Part shown: piece after piece, positions 63,311-64,000 of the stretch
Layout of the letters: the number at the start of each line of letters is the position of its first letter
Position numbering within the stretch: position 1 is the first letter of the stretch
NCBI RefSeq assembly: GCF_018977255.1
Contig: NW_024704742.1
Span: forward strand, 113,276,001 to 113,340,000
From: Callorhinchus milii
Lineage: Eukaryota
DNA: 64,000 nucleotides
Reading direction: 5' to 3'
The notes under the pieces: model-generated
What the model was told of the DNA's origin: nothing
The model's input: the letters and a program-made list of their open reading frames with translations, nothing else
The model's database searches: none
Made by a program: the position numbers and the translations under genes

Positions 63311-64000
63311 GTGGAGTCCTGTAGCTCAGTGGTTAGAGCAATCGCCTTGCAAGCTAGAGTACCTGGGTTCGATTCCCAGCAGGGCGAAATGTTGGCCAAG
63401 TTTCCTTACTCCACATGCTTCTGTTTACCTAGCAGTAAGTAGGAACCCGGTTGTTAGTCAATTGTAGATCATTTTTCCAGAGTTAGTCATCCCTTCAAAA
63501 AATAATAATAAATAAATAACCCACGACTGTTTGTGGGACACTGCTATGCACAATTGGCTATATGCTCTCTCTCAGAGATGTCATCGGCAGACATGGGGTA
63601 AACTTCCACATGCATGTGGATGACACCCAAATCTACTTCTCATCCTCCAGCTGCGACTCCCAGTTCACTGATGTCCTGTCAGCTTGTTTGACGAACATCA
63701 AGGCCTGGATGAGCTTAAATTTCCTGCAGTTGAGTGTCGGCAAATTGGAAGCCATACTCTTTGGCTCCCATCAACATCTTGTCTCTTGTCTCCTGTGGGT
63801 CTGAACTCCTCAACTTCCCTGGGCTCTGCCTAAGACTCACCAAAGTCTGAGGCAGCTTAGGCTTCAGCTCCCTCTCTTCCTGGCTCAGCGTCAGACTCCG
63901 GCACTGTCAAGCGCTCCAGGACGCTTCGCTACATAAAGGACACTATATAAATGCAAGTTGTTGTTGCTGTATTTTGCCCACAAAATATGCAGTCAATTTG
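63311..64000 (+). mobile_element. Long-form tRNA-derived SINE (63311-63560, resuming at ~63966), split by an L2 fragment
   Basis: The tRNA head has a perfect T arm (ctggg-ttcgatt-cccag) and is followed by an extra ~70-bp segment. The core runs to 'aattggct' and resumes as 'tttgcccacaaaatatgcagtcaatt'. Confidence 0.85.
63562..63966 (+). mobile_element. Internally deleted L2 fragment (RT motif region joined to the tail)
   Basis: The ORF reads 'VIGRHGVNFHMHVDDTQIY..IKAWMSLNFLQL', and the tail is 'aagcgctccaggacg..tatataaatgcaag(ttg)n'. Confidence 0.85.

Noticed and set aside
1..64000. CRISPR array, rRNA, prokaryotic operon or HAPLN1 exons
   Set aside because: There are no regularly spaced repeat-spacer units, rRNA-like sequence or dense long ORFs, and I recognised no Ig or link-module exon. 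The upstream EGF/RGD exons of EDIL3 were not found and are presumably outside the window.

Overview
This is AT-rich, CpG-depleted vertebrate genomic DNA. The repeat content (DeuSINE-like SINEs, L2, CR1, Penelope) suggests a cartilaginous fish, which is my inference. The + strand carries the last five coding exons of EDIL3/Del-1 (8478-8633, 10493-10637, 12862-13046, 33148-33303, 37697-37843). They have GT-AG junctions and consistent phases, and they encode most of discoidin (F5/8C) domain 1 and all of domain 2. A 3' UTR and about 25 kb of intergenic DNA follow. Almost all other ORFs in the track are noise or decayed retroelements. The repeats are decayed L2 and CR1 LINEs, two SINE families sharing a Deu-like core and an L2-type tail (one young, with a tRNA-Ala(TGC)-like head), an internally deleted Helitron, a Penelope-like element and an old unclassified repeat. 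The most notable signals are: (1) a degenerate hammerhead ribozyme in the Penelope pseudo-LTR, with an inverted LTR copy starting at the predicted cleavage site; (2) a composite inverted duplication built from two local templates; (3) an antisense SINE nested in a SINE that also holds a locally templated 50-bp insert; (4) nesting evidence that the SINE changed its 3' stem-loop to match the co-resident L2. I see no CRISPR array, rRNA, genuine tRNA gene or intact transposon ORF. TE boundaries are by eye and approximate unless a target-site duplication (TSD) is quoted.
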